The notes under the pieces are model-generated. The model saw only the letters and a program-made list of their open reading frames with translations. It was not told the DNA's origin and made no database searches. DNA of 64,000 nucleotides from Bugula neritina (lineage: Eukaryota > Animalia > Bryozoa), in the NCBI GenBank assembly GCA_964035545.1, contig OZ037769.1, positions 14,476,633 to 14,540,632 on the forward strand. Direction: 5' to 3'. Both the position numbers and the translations under genes were made by a program. Below, piece after piece: positions 1 through 17,226 of this stretch. Each line of letters starts with the position of its first letter. The stretch's first letter is position 1.

Positions 1-887
1 GACTGCTGGCAAGTTGGCAAGTGGCGCGCCTTCAACCACCCCGAGTCCAGAGATCCGGCTACTATTCACCCTGCAGTGAATGGTAGCCCGGGAGCGGCCT
101 GGTATGATACGGTTGCGTACCACTTGCACACCTCCCACTAAAGGGCGGCCGAACTTGTCGATGCAGGCGAGTTCCCGCCCGGACATCATCATTGCAGATC
201 TGCTAAAATCTATGTGACATCCGTGCCGTTTAAGGAACGGCATCCCGAGGATAGCATCCTCCTTGAGCTGACTGACGATGAACGTCTCTTGGATCGTTTG
301 ATCACGGACTCGTCCCGTCAGCTCAATTATACCATAGAAGGGAAGGCACGACCCGTCAGCGAGGGTGCCGTATTCCCCTTCGTATGCTTCCATCTCGCCC
401 CTGACCCTAGTACTGAGGGTGTCAAAGAGTTGGCGGCTTAAGAGGTTTGTGGTACAGCCCGAATCAATGAGGAAAGTAACAGCTTTGCCTTCCAGTTTAC
501 CGGGCAAGAAATAGCTGTTCCCATGGGGCTGCGCCTGAACTCTCCCTTCAGGCCTTACTCTCGCAGGGAGTACCTCCCTCGCTTTGGGTCGCGAAGGAGG
601 TCTCTTAGGGCGGTGGTAGGTAGGCCTCGGGGGTGCCGAGGCTAGATTCTCAGCTACCTTTGTGGGCTCCCATCCAGATTCTTGGACTTGTAGCCCTGTG
701 AATCTGTTGTGAAGGGGCATAGAAAAGGCAGCTGCGGGGCGAAGCCCCTTGCTGGTCCGTCGTGGCTGTTGCCACTGTTGGTTGCCAGTACGCGGTACCC
801 GTCTGGGTGACCTGCGTTTCTTCTTCCCTGGAGGTTTCATCGTCGGCCCGCGGAAGGTGGGAACATCTGCGGGCCGCGGTAGTTTAA
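1..887 (-). CDS. pol: Pol N-terminus (aspartic protease), entered by -1 frameshift; partial
   Basis: -1 frame read by hand from GTTAAAC (882-888) is open into SYFLPGKLEGKAVTFLIDSGCTTNLLSRQLFDT. Confidence 0.85.
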
Positions 888-1790
888 CCCCTGATTTAGG
901 AAGGGACAATATCGGCGGAAATGTCCTTGATTTCCGCACTCCCAGCAAAAACTGACTGTTTCTCCCTGTGGCGGCGCCGATGGCCGCATGGGCTCAGGGG
1001 CGGTACTCACTGGGTTTTGTGGTATCAGTGTTGCTATCAGCTTGGCTAGCATGTCCGTCAGTTGAGTGACTTTTGATGCCGTCGCCAACTGGGACACGGC
1101 AGCCGCGGCGGGGGTTTCCTCCCCTTGTCCCGCGGCCGTCTCTGCGCGGTCTATCTCCACTTGGCGGGAGCTTCCGCGACTTTTATGCATTTGATTAGCT
1201 AGGAGGTAAGCTTCCCCCTCAGTCAGAGCATCTTCAACGGTGGTGACTCCCCTAGCTAAAAACTGGTGGTGGAGACCCAGATCGTCGACAGATGCTATGA
1301 AAGCGTCGAGGGTGTACCTCTCGCGGTTGACTGGGGGCAAGTCGCTGTACGCGATCTGTGCCAGCTTCATGACCGCGGCGGCATGCTCCCGCAGCGGGGT
1401 GCGGGGATCACGCCGCAACCTCTGCAATCGGGCCCTGGCATCTGTAGCAGAGAGGCCAAAGCGGGCCCGCAGAGAAGCAAAGATATTATCAATGTCTACG
1501 CCCAGCCCATAGGGCTTGGCTTTGTCCATCAATGCCATTCTAAGCTTCAGCAAGGCCACCCTAGGGGGCCACTGAGCGACGTCCATTACGTCGCTAAACT
1601 CTTGGATAAATTGTTCCACCTCCTTTTCACCCGTGAAGGTGGGCGCCTTTAACCTGTAGCGGTCCTCAGCTAGTTCTCGCGGAACCCTTCGCTCTTCTAC
1701 TACATGGTTAACAGGCATTGTCTCTACAGCATTGTCTCTACGCTCACCTTCGATTGCCGGTGGTTGAGTTCCAGCATTTTCAGTCTCCAT
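837..1790 (-). CDS. gag: Gag (Gypsy A)
   Basis: 317 aa; capsid-like RYRLKAPTFTGE.VEQFIQEF and zinc knuckle CWECGNQGHFRRYC; aligns with 36864-37787. Confidence 0.92.
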   Translation of the reverse strand: METENAGTQPPAIEGERRDNAVETMPVNHVVEERRVPRELAEDRYRLKAPTFTGEKEVEQFIQEFSDVMDVAQWPPRVALLKLRMALMDKAKPYGLGVDIDNIFASLRARFGLSATDARARLQRLRRDPRTPLREHAAAVMKLAQIAYSDLPPVNRERYTLDAFIASVDDLGLHHQFLARGVTTVEDALTEGEAYLLANQMHKSRGSSRQVEIDRAETAAGQGEETPAAAAVSQLATASKVTQLTDMLAKLIATLIPQNPVSTAPEPMRPSAPPQGETVSFCWECGNQGHFRRYCPFLNQGLNYRGPQMFPPSAGRR

Positions 1791-1802
1791 CTTGGATGCA
1801 CT

Positions 1803-1820
1803 ATCCCACCGCTGCCACCA
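1803..1820 (-). promoter_or_regulatory. Primer-binding site, tRNA-Leu
   Basis: TGGTGGCAGCGGTGGGAT, complementary to the tRNA-Leu 3' end (ATCCCACCGCTGCCACCA), 1 nt inside the LTR end. Confidence 0.88.
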
Positions 1821-1821
1821 C

Positions 1822-2126
1822 TGTTATAATTTTCAGATTTAGGGTTGATGTGCTATCCAGAGAGTCTATTTATTTACTATAGAACTGCACCAGGATAAGT
1901 CGAGTGAACGAGTATATTTTACACACAATTATACATTATAAAAACGATACATTATTTCCAAACAAGTTACACATCTAATCTATTTCACACTCTAGCTTCG
2001 ACTGAGTTAGCAGCGGGAAACTACAATTGCTGCTAACTATCAACTACGCTAATTGGTTATCCATTGTTCCGGGTCAATACCGCGACCCTACATGTTGTGC
2101 TGCTGGTAGTTCCACGAACCACCACA
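1822..2126 (-). repeat. 5' LTR of Gypsy A (~305 bp)
   Basis: Minus strand starts TGTGGT and ends ATAACA just before the PBS; outer boundary fixed by the empty paralogous site at 5460. Confidence 0.8.
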
Positions 2127-2179
2127 ATACGCTAGACTCCGATTAGTTTTTAAATTTACGAAAAAAAAGCTTATGATAG

Positions 2180-3745
<1,566 letters not shown>

Positions 3746-5514
3746 TAGTAGATATTATATTATAGTTGGTAAATATAAATTGTGATTTGTCTGTAAAAAG
3801 CTGGTCACTAAACAAAGTGCTCAAGAGTTTTATAAAATTGTTTTATCAAATTGAATGCTAAAAATTATTAGTTGAAAGGAAGTATAATCACTGGTTTTGA
3901 TATCCATCCATTTCAAACTTTTTTCATAGCATAAGAAAAAGTGTGCTAGTTGTCAGAGTATTACACGATATGACTGATGAGGCAATAATATTATGTTTTA
4001 TAAAATGTGAAACAGAGTAATTTAAAAAAAATACAAGTCATAGAATAATTAAAATTGACAATAAAGCAATACCTATAACATGTATAAGTTTGTCCGACTC
4101 TCTTATTCAAAGTACTAATGTACATAATTTGTTACTTTTTAAATAAGTGCAGGTTGCAATGCTTAGATGATGGTCTATAGCTGGTGGCGATTGTTTCCCA
4201 TGTTACATCATATCTTATGCTTTTATCTTTAAGGTAATAGAAATGTTTGCAGTTACAGTGTTTTAAAGAACTGGCGTGGCTATATATTATAGCTATTAGA
4301 TGTCACATTGAACCTCCTTGACAGCACTCATAGGCCAATAAAAATTAGGTAACGATCCTCTTTATGCAAATTGAAGTAGAAACCACCCCCCAAAGATAAT
4401 TGGGAATGTTTTAAGATATGCCAGAATTGTACCTTTCCAAGAAATAAAGAGCACTTCAATAGTGAAGCACTTATGTACTAAAAAGCCTTAGGCAGCAATA
4501 GTTACAGGTGTGCTGTAAACTACGGGAAGCAGGCTACGTACCCCAAAACATCAATGGGAATAAGAAAAAGAGCATGGTTTAACTCACACCAAAAGCTCAC
4601 TGAGGATTAGGCTACGCTTGTATGATTGACTCAATATATGATCAGAAAAAAAACTTTCAAAACACAGTCTTCCACTTATCTATTTCCTACCTTTTACTAG
4701 CACTAAGAAATCGTACAACAGCATATAAGTCTGATCTACCTGCCTTTTAAATAGAAAAAGGTTTATACCCTGTAATATATCTACCACATCTCAGTAAAAT
4801 GTTCAAGTACTAACCACACTCATATTATCTTATTTTAAACCAATTTTAAAAGCCAGCACTCAAATTATACCAGTTCTTTTATCATTATAAGGATCAACTT
4901 TTAAATTAAGTAGGCCCTAACTGAAAATGCTATTCTTTAAATGCTAAAGAGCACAAAGATACAGCTACTACTATGAATGTGTGGGCGCCAAAAATTTATT
5001 CATGCAGAAATTAGCTTAATGAATTTAAAAAGAAGTTTTAAATTTTTCGCTACTCTATTATATTTGTAGCAGTAAAACAAATACTACAGAAATTTAAGAA
5101 GTGATTATATATATGACAAATTATTTTATATTTATTATAAATAAAATAAATAAAAAAAAATTATCTGCACTAATAAAAAAAATTGTTGCAATGCATCAAA
5201 AATATATTAGAACATGTCTCGCCTAGACAATAAGTTTGATAAGCAGAGAATAATTGCTCAAAACTGATAGCAGCATATTTAATCAAGCTGCCTTTTAGGC
5301 TAAACGCAAATAATTGTAAATGAAGCTGAAAACTATTAGGGCCTATTTGTTGATCGGTGTACAATAAATATTTTGACCTAATTCCAGCATACGTATGCAG
5401 GACAATTATCTACTTCAAATAAATAAAGAACTCTCAAGACGTAACCAGTGCAGCTGGTTATACGCTAGACTCCGATTAGTTTTTAAATTTACGAAAAAAA
5501 AGCTTATGATAGTT

Positions 5515-6061
5515 AAAAAAATACTTTGCATCTAATAGCTACAGATGCTACTATACGCTGTTAAATAACAGTCTTAAGTCTGAGCGAGCTTTTCCTTTTG
5601 CATGTACTTCTATAAAGAACAGCATTCCTACCTCTTTTCTAAAATGTCGGCTGTTTTTGTTTTGATAATCAACATCGGTGTAACTATAGCCTCTTTGACT
5701 TTGAATAAATCGAAAGCTGTATGAATGCTCACACTCAGAACTTTTTTTGTTCTTCTCCTACTTACAGCTCCAATCAATTACAATTGAAAAAGCTCCGCCA
5801 TGATTGACAATGTGTTGAAAGGTATACTTATTATTTTCCCCGGCTTTTTAGAGCTTCTTTTACAATATAGTCTACTTTTAAAAAAGGACGGGTTCCAGTT
5901 TTCTTATCACCTTTGTTTAAGCGTAAGTCATAATTGTTGAAGTTTACGCCTTTTAAACCCTTTGTAAACTAAAAAATCACTGAGGTGTTGATGCGTACGG
6001 TACAATAAAGTTACCAGTACTGTCTAATATTTCTTCAACTTCATCATCCGGGGTCGGTTCA

Positions 6062-6063
<2 letters not shown>
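5515..6063 (-). pseudogene. P2X-like pseudogene copy 2 (3' half)
   Basis: Near-identical to copy 1 without the MITE; same truncation point at (TA)n; frameshifts and a premature TAG in TM2. Confidence 0.88.
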
Positions 6064-7650
<1,587 letters not shown>

Positions 7651-9539
7651 TGTGATTTGTCTGTGAAAAACTGGTCTCTAAACAAAGTGCTCAAGAGTTT
7701 TAGAAAAGATATCAAATAGGCTACTAAAATTTATTAGTTGAAATGAAATATGATTACTCATTATGATATTTTTTTGAATTTATTTGTTTCGAATTTTGTT
7801 CATAGCATAAGAAAAAGTGTGCAAGTAGTAATATACATGCTCTGACTGATAAGGAAACAATGTTTTATAAAATATGAGACACAATCATTTAAATTACACC
7901 ACAAGAAGTAGAATAATTAAAATTGACAGTTAAGCAGTGCCTATAACATGTATATTGGTTTGTTTGTATCTCTTATTCAAAGTACTAATGTACATAATAT
8001 GTTACTTTTTTAATAAGTGCAGCTAAGTTGCAATGCTCAGATGATGGTCTTTAGCTGGTGGCGATTGTTTCCCATGTTACATCATATCTTATGCTTTTAT
8101 CTTTAAGGTAATAGAAATGTTTGCAGTTACAGTGTTCAAAGAACTGGCATGGCTATATTATAGCTATTAGATGTCACATTGAACCTCCTTGACAGCACTC
8201 ATAGGCCAATAAAAATAGGTAACAATCCTCTTTATGCAAATATTAAAGTAGTAAAACACATGTCAGAATTTTACCTTTCCAGGAAATGAAGAGCACTTCA
8301 ATAGTGAAGCACCTATGTACTAAAAAGCCTTAGGCAGCAATAGTTACAGGTGTGCTGTAAACTACGGGAAGCAGGCTACGTACCCCACAATATTAAAGGG
8401 AAGAAAAGAAGATTATGGTTCAACCCACCCTTCAGTAAGCATGTGACAACTAAAACAAATATACATATTCTCACCGTATATGGATATCTCAAGATTTTTA
8501 CACCTATAGTTCATTGAGAATAGAACTAGAAACTCAAGTTAATCTACTCCTGCATGTGCTTGCCTCAATGGTATGGTCAACAGACAATTTTCAAAAAACA
8601 GCTCACCACTTATCAATTTCCTACCTTCTACTAGCACTAAGAAAATGTGCAACTGTATAGTCTAATCTATAATCTGCCTTTTGAATAGAATTTATACCCT
8701 AGCAAGATCTACCAGGCCTCAGTAGACATCGTCTTATTTTAAATCCAATTTAAAAGTGAGCACCTAAATTGCACTAGTTCTTTTAACATTATAATGATAA
8801 ACTTTTAAAATAAGTAATAATATATCAGTTTGCTTGAGACTTAAATTGCAAAATTATATATAAACTTTTATAAAAGCTAATATAGCTACTATAGTAGCTA
8901 TTTTGTTGAATAATCTTAGTGGCATGAGTTTTTGACCTTTATTAGATCAGTTGCTATATTTTGTAGGCGTTTTAAATTTAAAAGTTGTGCTAAATGGTCA
9001 CAGGATCACAATAAATAAATATTATAGACCGTCAGGTTAAATCAAGCTGTCTGAGTAACAATTTATAAACTGAAAAACTAATGCAAGAACATTTATATAC
9101 TTATAGGAGAATTAAGGCTACACGAGCACTTTTTTTACAGTCTAGGATACTCATGCTATGAACATAGAAAATAGTGCAAGAGGTGGTGCTGATTTGAAAA
9201 TATTAGATTGCATTTGAAAATAGTGGTAAAAGTTTATTGTTGATTCTAAGTTTTTGGCATTAACTTTACCTGCAACTACCTATATATAGCAGCTATTTTA
9301 AAGTAAATTAAATACCTCTGATTATTAGTAAACTGATTAACTGACTTAATAAAATTGATTATAACAAAGCTAAGTCAACTTGGCCTAAATCTAGAAGACA
9401 GTAAAAGTAAATGCTTTGTTGCGCTATTTATAGGATGCATATTTCCAATTGATCTATCAGTGAGATTTTGCTGTTGAAAATGCTATTTTTCAAATGCTAA
9501 AGAGCACAACAGCTATACAAATAATGGTATTTAGCCTGT

Positions 9540-10560
9540 GCCAAGTTCAAGAGATATGAGCTGAACAGAACATGAAACTTATATATAATGTATTTATTAT
9601 AGACTACTAAAGCACCTGGTACAGTCTTAAAAATAGCTTCCTGAGTGTGCTGCACGGAGAAGTATGGATTTACTGAGAATGTCATCAACTTGCTGTTCAT
9701 GAAGCTATGCAAAGCAAAGTAGTGCCAGGTAGAGACATGCACATAAAGCATGTTTGCAGTAACCAAATGGTGTCAAGGAGGTGTGGGCTCTTGTGCCCAC
9801 ACTATTTTCAGTATATTTAACGGCTATGCTATATAGAAGTGGCATCTAAGTATGTAAATGAAGAGATTTATATTTTAAATCGACGTGGGGCTAATCTCTT
9901 TGACATGGTTCAATTCAAGTCAAAGACTTGTATTACTAAGCACCTATAGTTAGAGAAGTGTTGTTTGCAGACGACAGTGCTTTGGTGTCACATAGCGCTG
10001 CAAACAAATTTGTAAAAGCAAAATTAAGAGAACAAAATACATGCAATAGATTATCAAGCTCATTCACCTCCTATTTGAACTTGAAGTTATTATGTTATCC
10101 CAAGAACCACTTGTGCTTGCTATGGAATTTCCTTATCTTAGAAGCACTGTTTCTTGCATAGCAAAAATAGATAAAGACCCAAGACAAAGTAAGAATGGCT
10201 TACAAAAGGTTGCGGCAGAGACTCTAGAAAAAACAGACATGTATTCATCAGGGTAAAGTGTAAAGTCTACAGAGCAGCGATGCTCTCAAGTCTGCTATAT
10301 AAAGTTAAAACATGGACAATATACAGGGCACAGGTGAAAAAGCTAAGCGCTTTTATGATAAGACACTGTAAAATGGTATAAAAGGGCTAAGATGTGTCAA
10401 CTAGCCATATATATGGCTGACGCATTCTTACAGAAAAAAACCTAAAGTGGTTAGCTAGGCCAAGTGCACAAATAGAAAATAACCAGTTACCAAGATGACT
10501 GCTTTATTCCTGCTTAAAAGAAGGAAAAAGAAATAGAAGGAGGCCTAGACTCAGATCTAC
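9540..10560 (+). mobile_element. Degenerate RTE-like LINE reverse-transcriptase fragment
   Basis: GVK....L.PTLFSI-like motif near 9770 and LFADDSALVSHS at 9958; many stops; boundaries approximate. Confidence 0.65.
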
Positions 10561-10600
10561 AGATGTTACTATAAAAAAATGCCAAAACTATGAAATAGTC

Positions 10601-10602
10601 AT

Positions 10603-10690
<88 letters not shown>

Positions 10691-10695
10691 GAGAG
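10601..10695. repeat. (GA)n microsatellite plus poly-G
   Basis: Direct inspection. Confidence 0.95.
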
Positions 10696-11056
10696 AGTAT
10701 AAAATAATGAATAAAAAGTGATTATTTATATATTTATTATAGAGAAAATTAGTAAAAAGCATTGACAGATTTTGTTTCTTTGAACTTATAAAATGTTGTA
10801 GCATCAACTTTATGAAAAGTTAAAAATTGCAACATAGACAAATGAGTTTTAAAAAAAAAAATTTGCCATAGACGTGATTATCATTACTAAATAAGCAGAA
10901 GGCAGCAACACACAGCTAATTATAAAAGGGCTGAAAATAGCTATATCAATTTATTCCTGTACCATAAATCTGTTAGCATAAAGCCAGCATATATACAAGA
11001 TAAATAACTTGCTGCAAATAAATGAAAAAAATTCATTCCTTACATAAGCACAGTTT

Positions 11057-12403
11057 CTAAGACTGTTGAGGTTTGGGGTCTGAAGTTTTAGTTTTGCAAC
11101 TAGAACAATAAGCTACTGCACATAAAACAATACTTTGAAATGTTCCAACACTTTTCAAAGCTAAGAATGCTGTTACGATTTTAAATAGCATATTCATGTA
11201 TGAGCGAGCTTTTCCTTTGGCATGCACTTCGATAAAGAACAACATTCCTACCTCTTTTCTAAAAAGTCGGCTGTTTTTGTTTTGATAATTGATATCAGTA
11301 TAACTATAGCCTCGCTGGCTTTGAAGAAATCAAAAGCTATAAGAGCGATCACACTTTAGGCCCGTTTTACTGTCTTCATACGTGCAGGTACAATTAATTA
11401 CAATAGAAAAAACTCCACCGCGTTTGACTATGTCTTTAAAAGTATGCTGATTATTTTCCCGTTTGCTTAGAGCTTTTTTCACGACATCTTCTACTTTAAA
11501 AAAAGAACACTTTTCAGTGTCATCATCACCTTTGTTTAGGCATACATTATAAGGGTTGAACTTAGGGCCTTTTAAGTCATTATTTTTAAACTGAAAAATT
11601 ACAGAGTTGTTGATATGTACAATAAAGTTACCAGTCCCATTTAATACTTCTTCAACTTCTTCATCTGGGTCAGGATCTGTATCAACTGGGCACCAGGCAT
11701 GCACGTAACAAGTCCCTCTGGCCACGTCACAAGTTCCGTTAGCATATCCGTCACTAAAATTTACCAACTTCAAGAACTCACAATCATCATCAGAAGTACA
11801 GTTTGGTTTCAAAGAAGAATGTTCATCTAAACATAGGCTTCTATTTTGCTCAACAGTTTTGATTAGTTTTGTCATCACAAAGAATTGGTCTGTAGCGTGT
11901 GCTGGTGTAACCACGTCATCTGCATCCCAAACTGTTATGTTTCCGGTTTTTGAATTATTTGCTTTTGCTGCTCCATAGACATTGATGGTTGTACTGCTCA
12001 CACCTACTGCCTCCTCGTAAAAAAATGACTCACTCCCAAAAAAGTAAACAAGTGACACAGCAAGTAATATAACGAACCAGACAATGTGCATGACAGCAGC
12101 ACACCAGCTATACTCTAACTTATCCTTAGCTTCTGAATATGGGATCTTAGGTTCGACTCGTTTAAGGGCTGCTTTGAGTTGTGCATCATTAAAAAATCTC
12201 ATTTCTGTTTCTCTGGCATCTTGGAGTGGTGCATCATTACTAGCTGTTGTTTTTTTTTCTTTGTCCTTCTTAAACGCAATATAACAATTTTCACAAATAT
12301 CGACAGCTTCTTTCACAAGTGATAAAAGAAAAGCTAAACCAGTTATTCCAGCACCAAACCATTCAGAGTGTTCTTCGGTCAGAAAGGGGATAATGTTTCC
12401 CAT
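11057..12403 (-). pseudogene. Full-length intronless P2X-like copy 3 with one in-frame TGA at 11330-11332
   Basis: ORFs 11330-12403 and 11057-11245 are in the same frame and the gap reads *FLQSQRGYSYTDINYQNKNSRLFRKEVG; the paralogue has CGA (Arg) at the stop. Confidence 0.88.
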
Positions 12404-12464
12404 TTTAGCTGCTGATCTTCAACAATACCTCAGCTTATACAATGAAGAGTTTGTAGTTGAAGTT

Positions 12465-12625
12465 TTCAGAATATATATCTTGATTGACCAATCAAGAAAA
12501 CATTCTTTCATAAAGTGATGTGATTGATCAAATCTTACTTAATTGTTATTGGACACTAGTGAACCAATAGGATGACATATTTTTAAGAACACTGCGCGCG
12601 CGCGCACGCACGCACAATACACAAA
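12465..12625 (-). promoter_or_regulatory. Putative proximal promoter of P2X-like copy 3
   Basis: TATATA ~70 bp upstream of ATG, CCAAT-like boxes, then a (CG/CGCA) repeat; layout conserved at 33375-33575. Confidence 0.5.
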
Positions 12626-13250
12626 CGATGTAAATTTCAAAACAAAATCAATCAACTGTACACACAACGACCTGATGGTGGTAGCTTGCACTACATGAAA
12701 CAATACTGTAGTCAATGAAATGAATATATAAGTTTATATAGATTAAAAGTGCCATATAGCTGTATGCCTAATATAGCAGCAATTATAAACGGTCACAATA
12801 AGAGAGTATTGAAGTCAGCAGAACATGAACATCATACCAAGCCATGCAACTGCAAAACTAAAAAGAATTGCTCACTGAGTGGCCAGTGCTGTACTGAGGC
12901 TGTCGGTTACCAAACAACAACAACACAGCAATAGAGACATACGTGGGACTAACCCAGAACCAGTTCAGGTACAGGTACAATAAGCTCACAGCCAGCTTCA
13001 AGAACCCAGTAAACAAAACTCCACTGAGCTGAGCAAATATATATGAAAGTTAAAGAGCAATAACATAGCTTATGAAATAAAGTGGAAAATTTTAGCCAAC
13101 TATGCAACAAGCAATCACTACTCTGCAAGCTGTGCCTAATATAGAAAAGAAATTCATAATTTGCGAACCACATGTATCTTCACTCAACAGCCACAATGAA
13201 ATCATAACAACATGCAGGCACGCTAGAAAGCTCCTCCTAGAGAATGTGAC
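12625..13250 (+). mobile_element. Degenerate Penelope-like fragment with decayed hammerhead (12669-12713)
   Basis: YSCMPN..IINGHNKR..CNCKTKKNCSLSGQC and NEIITTCRH motifs; gac CTGATGG..GAAAC..GTA gtc upstream. Confidence 0.75.
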
Positions 13251-13332
13251 GGGACATTTTAATCTCTTAATTACTTTTATTTTATCCATCTATATGTTTT
13301 AATCTATTGGCTTTAAAGCTTTTACACACATT

Positions 13333-14439
<1,107 letters not shown>

Positions 14440-17226
14440 TATATAATATTTGTAGCGTGAGTTTCTTAAGAAACAGCAGATGAAAAATTGCTCAAATTAT
14501 TATGCGTAGAATAATGGGCAATTATATTATTGAAGAAAAGAGCTCAATCAAGAAGAAGAACAGTTGCAAGTTGACAGCTTTCTCTATTGTATGGGAAATA
14601 AAAGTGAGAGTGTTTTCAATGGTTTAGCACTGTCGGATGAAGATATTAAGGACTACCAAAAAGTATCTGAAGCTTTTCAGAAGTATTTTTCTCCATGTAA
14701 GTACGTGATTTATGAACGAGCTCGTTTCTTCAGGCGCTGCCAACAACAAGGAGAAACTGTTGAACAGTATGTTAGGTCTCTAAATGACATAGCAGATAGG
14801 TGTGATTTTTCCAATAGATCAGAGCAAATGCGAGACAGAATTGTAGTAGGAATCACAGACACTAACTGCAGTCGTGAAACGCAGAAAATAAATGTTGAAG
14901 ACCTAACTGAAGAGGTTGCCATAAATATGGCTAGACAATTTGAGCAAGTAGACAAAAACGTTAAAGACTTAACAGAAAGTCATACTCAGGGTAGTACTAG
15001 TAATACTTCGGTAGATGCTGTCTCCAAATTCAGTAGTTATAGTAATAGTCACACAAACAAGTCTCAGAAGCACAGCTCTAAGAGTAACAGCACTAGGCAA
15101 ACTAATAACTCTACTCCATGTGGCCGATGTGGTTATGTAAACCACACAAGAGGTACATGCCCTGCTAAAGATTGTAAGTGTAAGCGCTGTGGTAAACTCA
15201 GACACTACACAAAAATGTGTAAATCTAAGCCTGCCAGTCAAGTTCAGCAAGTTGAAGAAGAAGTGGACAGCATATTTCTGGGTGAGATAGCTGAGAGTAA
15301 CGTAGGAGTGTGGACCAAGACTATTGTTGTATAGACAAGCTTGACTTTCCAGTTCAGTTCAAACTCGATACTGGTGCGAATGTCTCCATACTTCCTCAAA
15401 GGCTATGTTCTAATGTGCCATTAGTAAAGACTAAGAAGCAGTTTTTAGGCCCAGGTAACACTAAGATACCAGTTGTAGGCTGTTTTATTGCTAAACTTTC
15501 TGTAGACAATGTTACTCACACTGAAACTATTTATGTTGTCAACCAAACAAAAGCCTTGCTAAGTCGAAATGCATGAGTTAAGCTAGGGTTAATTTCATGT
15601 AAGTGTGATGTATACTCTGTTACTAATGTTACTGACAACTCTGTATTTTGTAGAGAATTCCCAAAATTTTTTAGTGGTCTAGGTAAAATGAATCATACCG
15701 TAGGTATAGAGTTGCGTTCTGAGTGTAAACCATTTGCTATTAACACCCCTCGTTCGGTCCTCTACCCCTTGTTGTCTAGTGTTAAGCAGGAGTTGAGTGA
15801 TATGGTTGCTAAAGGAGTAATTTCTCCAGTCAGTGAGCTCACAGATTGGTGTGCTCCCATGGTTGTAGTCCCCAAGGCTAATCGCAAGGTGAGAATCTGT
15901 GTTGATTACACTGAGTTGAACAAAGTTGTTCGTAGAGAAGTGCACCCCATGGCTCATGTTGAGTCAAGTCTCGCCAAGCTTGGCAATAGTAACTTTTTTT
16001 ACAGTACTCGATGCTAACTCAAGTTTCTATCAGATTCTTCTCTCTCTCAAAGCTAAAATGTTGACTACATTCTTGTTTCCTTTTGGTAGGTTTGCCTTTA
16101 ATCGTTTACCTTTTGGGTTGTTCTCTAGTCCAGAATTGTACTGCAAAATTGTTTCACAGGTTCTGGAAGGTTTGGATGGTGTTGTCTGTCACATGGATGA
16201 TGTTTGCATTTGGAGTAAATCTCAAGAAGAGCATGATAGTCGTGTTCGTGTTGTTTTGCGTAGGATGGTTGACGCTGGTATGACTCTGAATGTTGAAAAA
16301 TGTAAGTTCTCTCATAGCAGTATCAAGTTTCTTGGTCATGTCATATCCTCTTCTGGCATTCGTGCTAATCCCGAAGCAATCCAGGGTATAGAAAGTTTTG
16401 CCACTCCAACTTGTGTTAAGGATGTTTGCAGTTTCCTTGGAATGGCTAATCAGCTTAGCAAGTTCTCCACCAGGTTGGGTGAACTCAGTGCTCCCTTGCA
16501 TGAGCTTCTTCATAAAAACACTCCTTGGATTTGGGATGTTGCTCAAAAACAAGCCTTCTGTGACATCAAGAAAAAGTTACAACGTTGTGTTGAACTCGCT
16601 CCCTATAGTCCTCAGCGTGAAACAGTTATTCACACTGATGCTTCTCAATGTGGTATAGGTGCTGCTCTGTTCCAATATCAAGACAATGGCGAGCTATGCC
16701 TACTCTGTGCTGCTTCTCGTGGGCTCACTGAGACAGAGAAGAAGTATGCTACCATAGAGCAAGAAGTGTTGGCAGTTGTTTGGGCTTGTGAAAAGTTTAG
16801 GGATTATATTGTTGGTCTTAGAGTGGTTATCAAAACTGATCCCAAACCTTTAGTTCTACTCTTGAATGATATTGAGCTTGACAAGAACCATGCACCTATT
16901 CAGAGGTTTAGAATACGTCTCACGAGGTTCCAATATCAGGTGGAACACAATTCTGGAAAAAAGAATGTTATTGCAGATGCCCTTTCTCGTTCTGTAGGTC
17001 CCATTAGTGAGGCTGATGTTATGTTTATGGAAGAAGTAGAGCTTTTCGCTGTGTCAGCATTGCATAATACTGCCACTTTTCCTCGCTTGAAAGAGTTGAA
17101 AGTTCAACAAGAGAATGATGAGGTCTTATCTCGTGTTCTCCAATATGTTAGGTTTGGATGGCCCACATATTTGCCTTCTCATGAAATTTTGTTGCGCCCC
17201 TATTTTGAATGTACGTAGGTCTAGGC

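Larger units (their letters stand above)
1..2126 (-). mobile_element. Ty3/Gypsy LTR retrotransposon A (5' part; runs off left edge)
   Basis: 5' LTR 1822-2126 (TG...CA on minus), tRNA-Leu PBS, gag with CCHC knuckle, protease motif FLIDSGCTTNLLS; homologous to elements B and C. Confidence 0.93.

Noticed and set aside
11330-11332. Selenocysteine or stop-codon recoding of in-frame TGAs
   Set aside because: The aligned residue is Arg (CGA), not Cys; no SECIS recognised; CpG mutation is simpler
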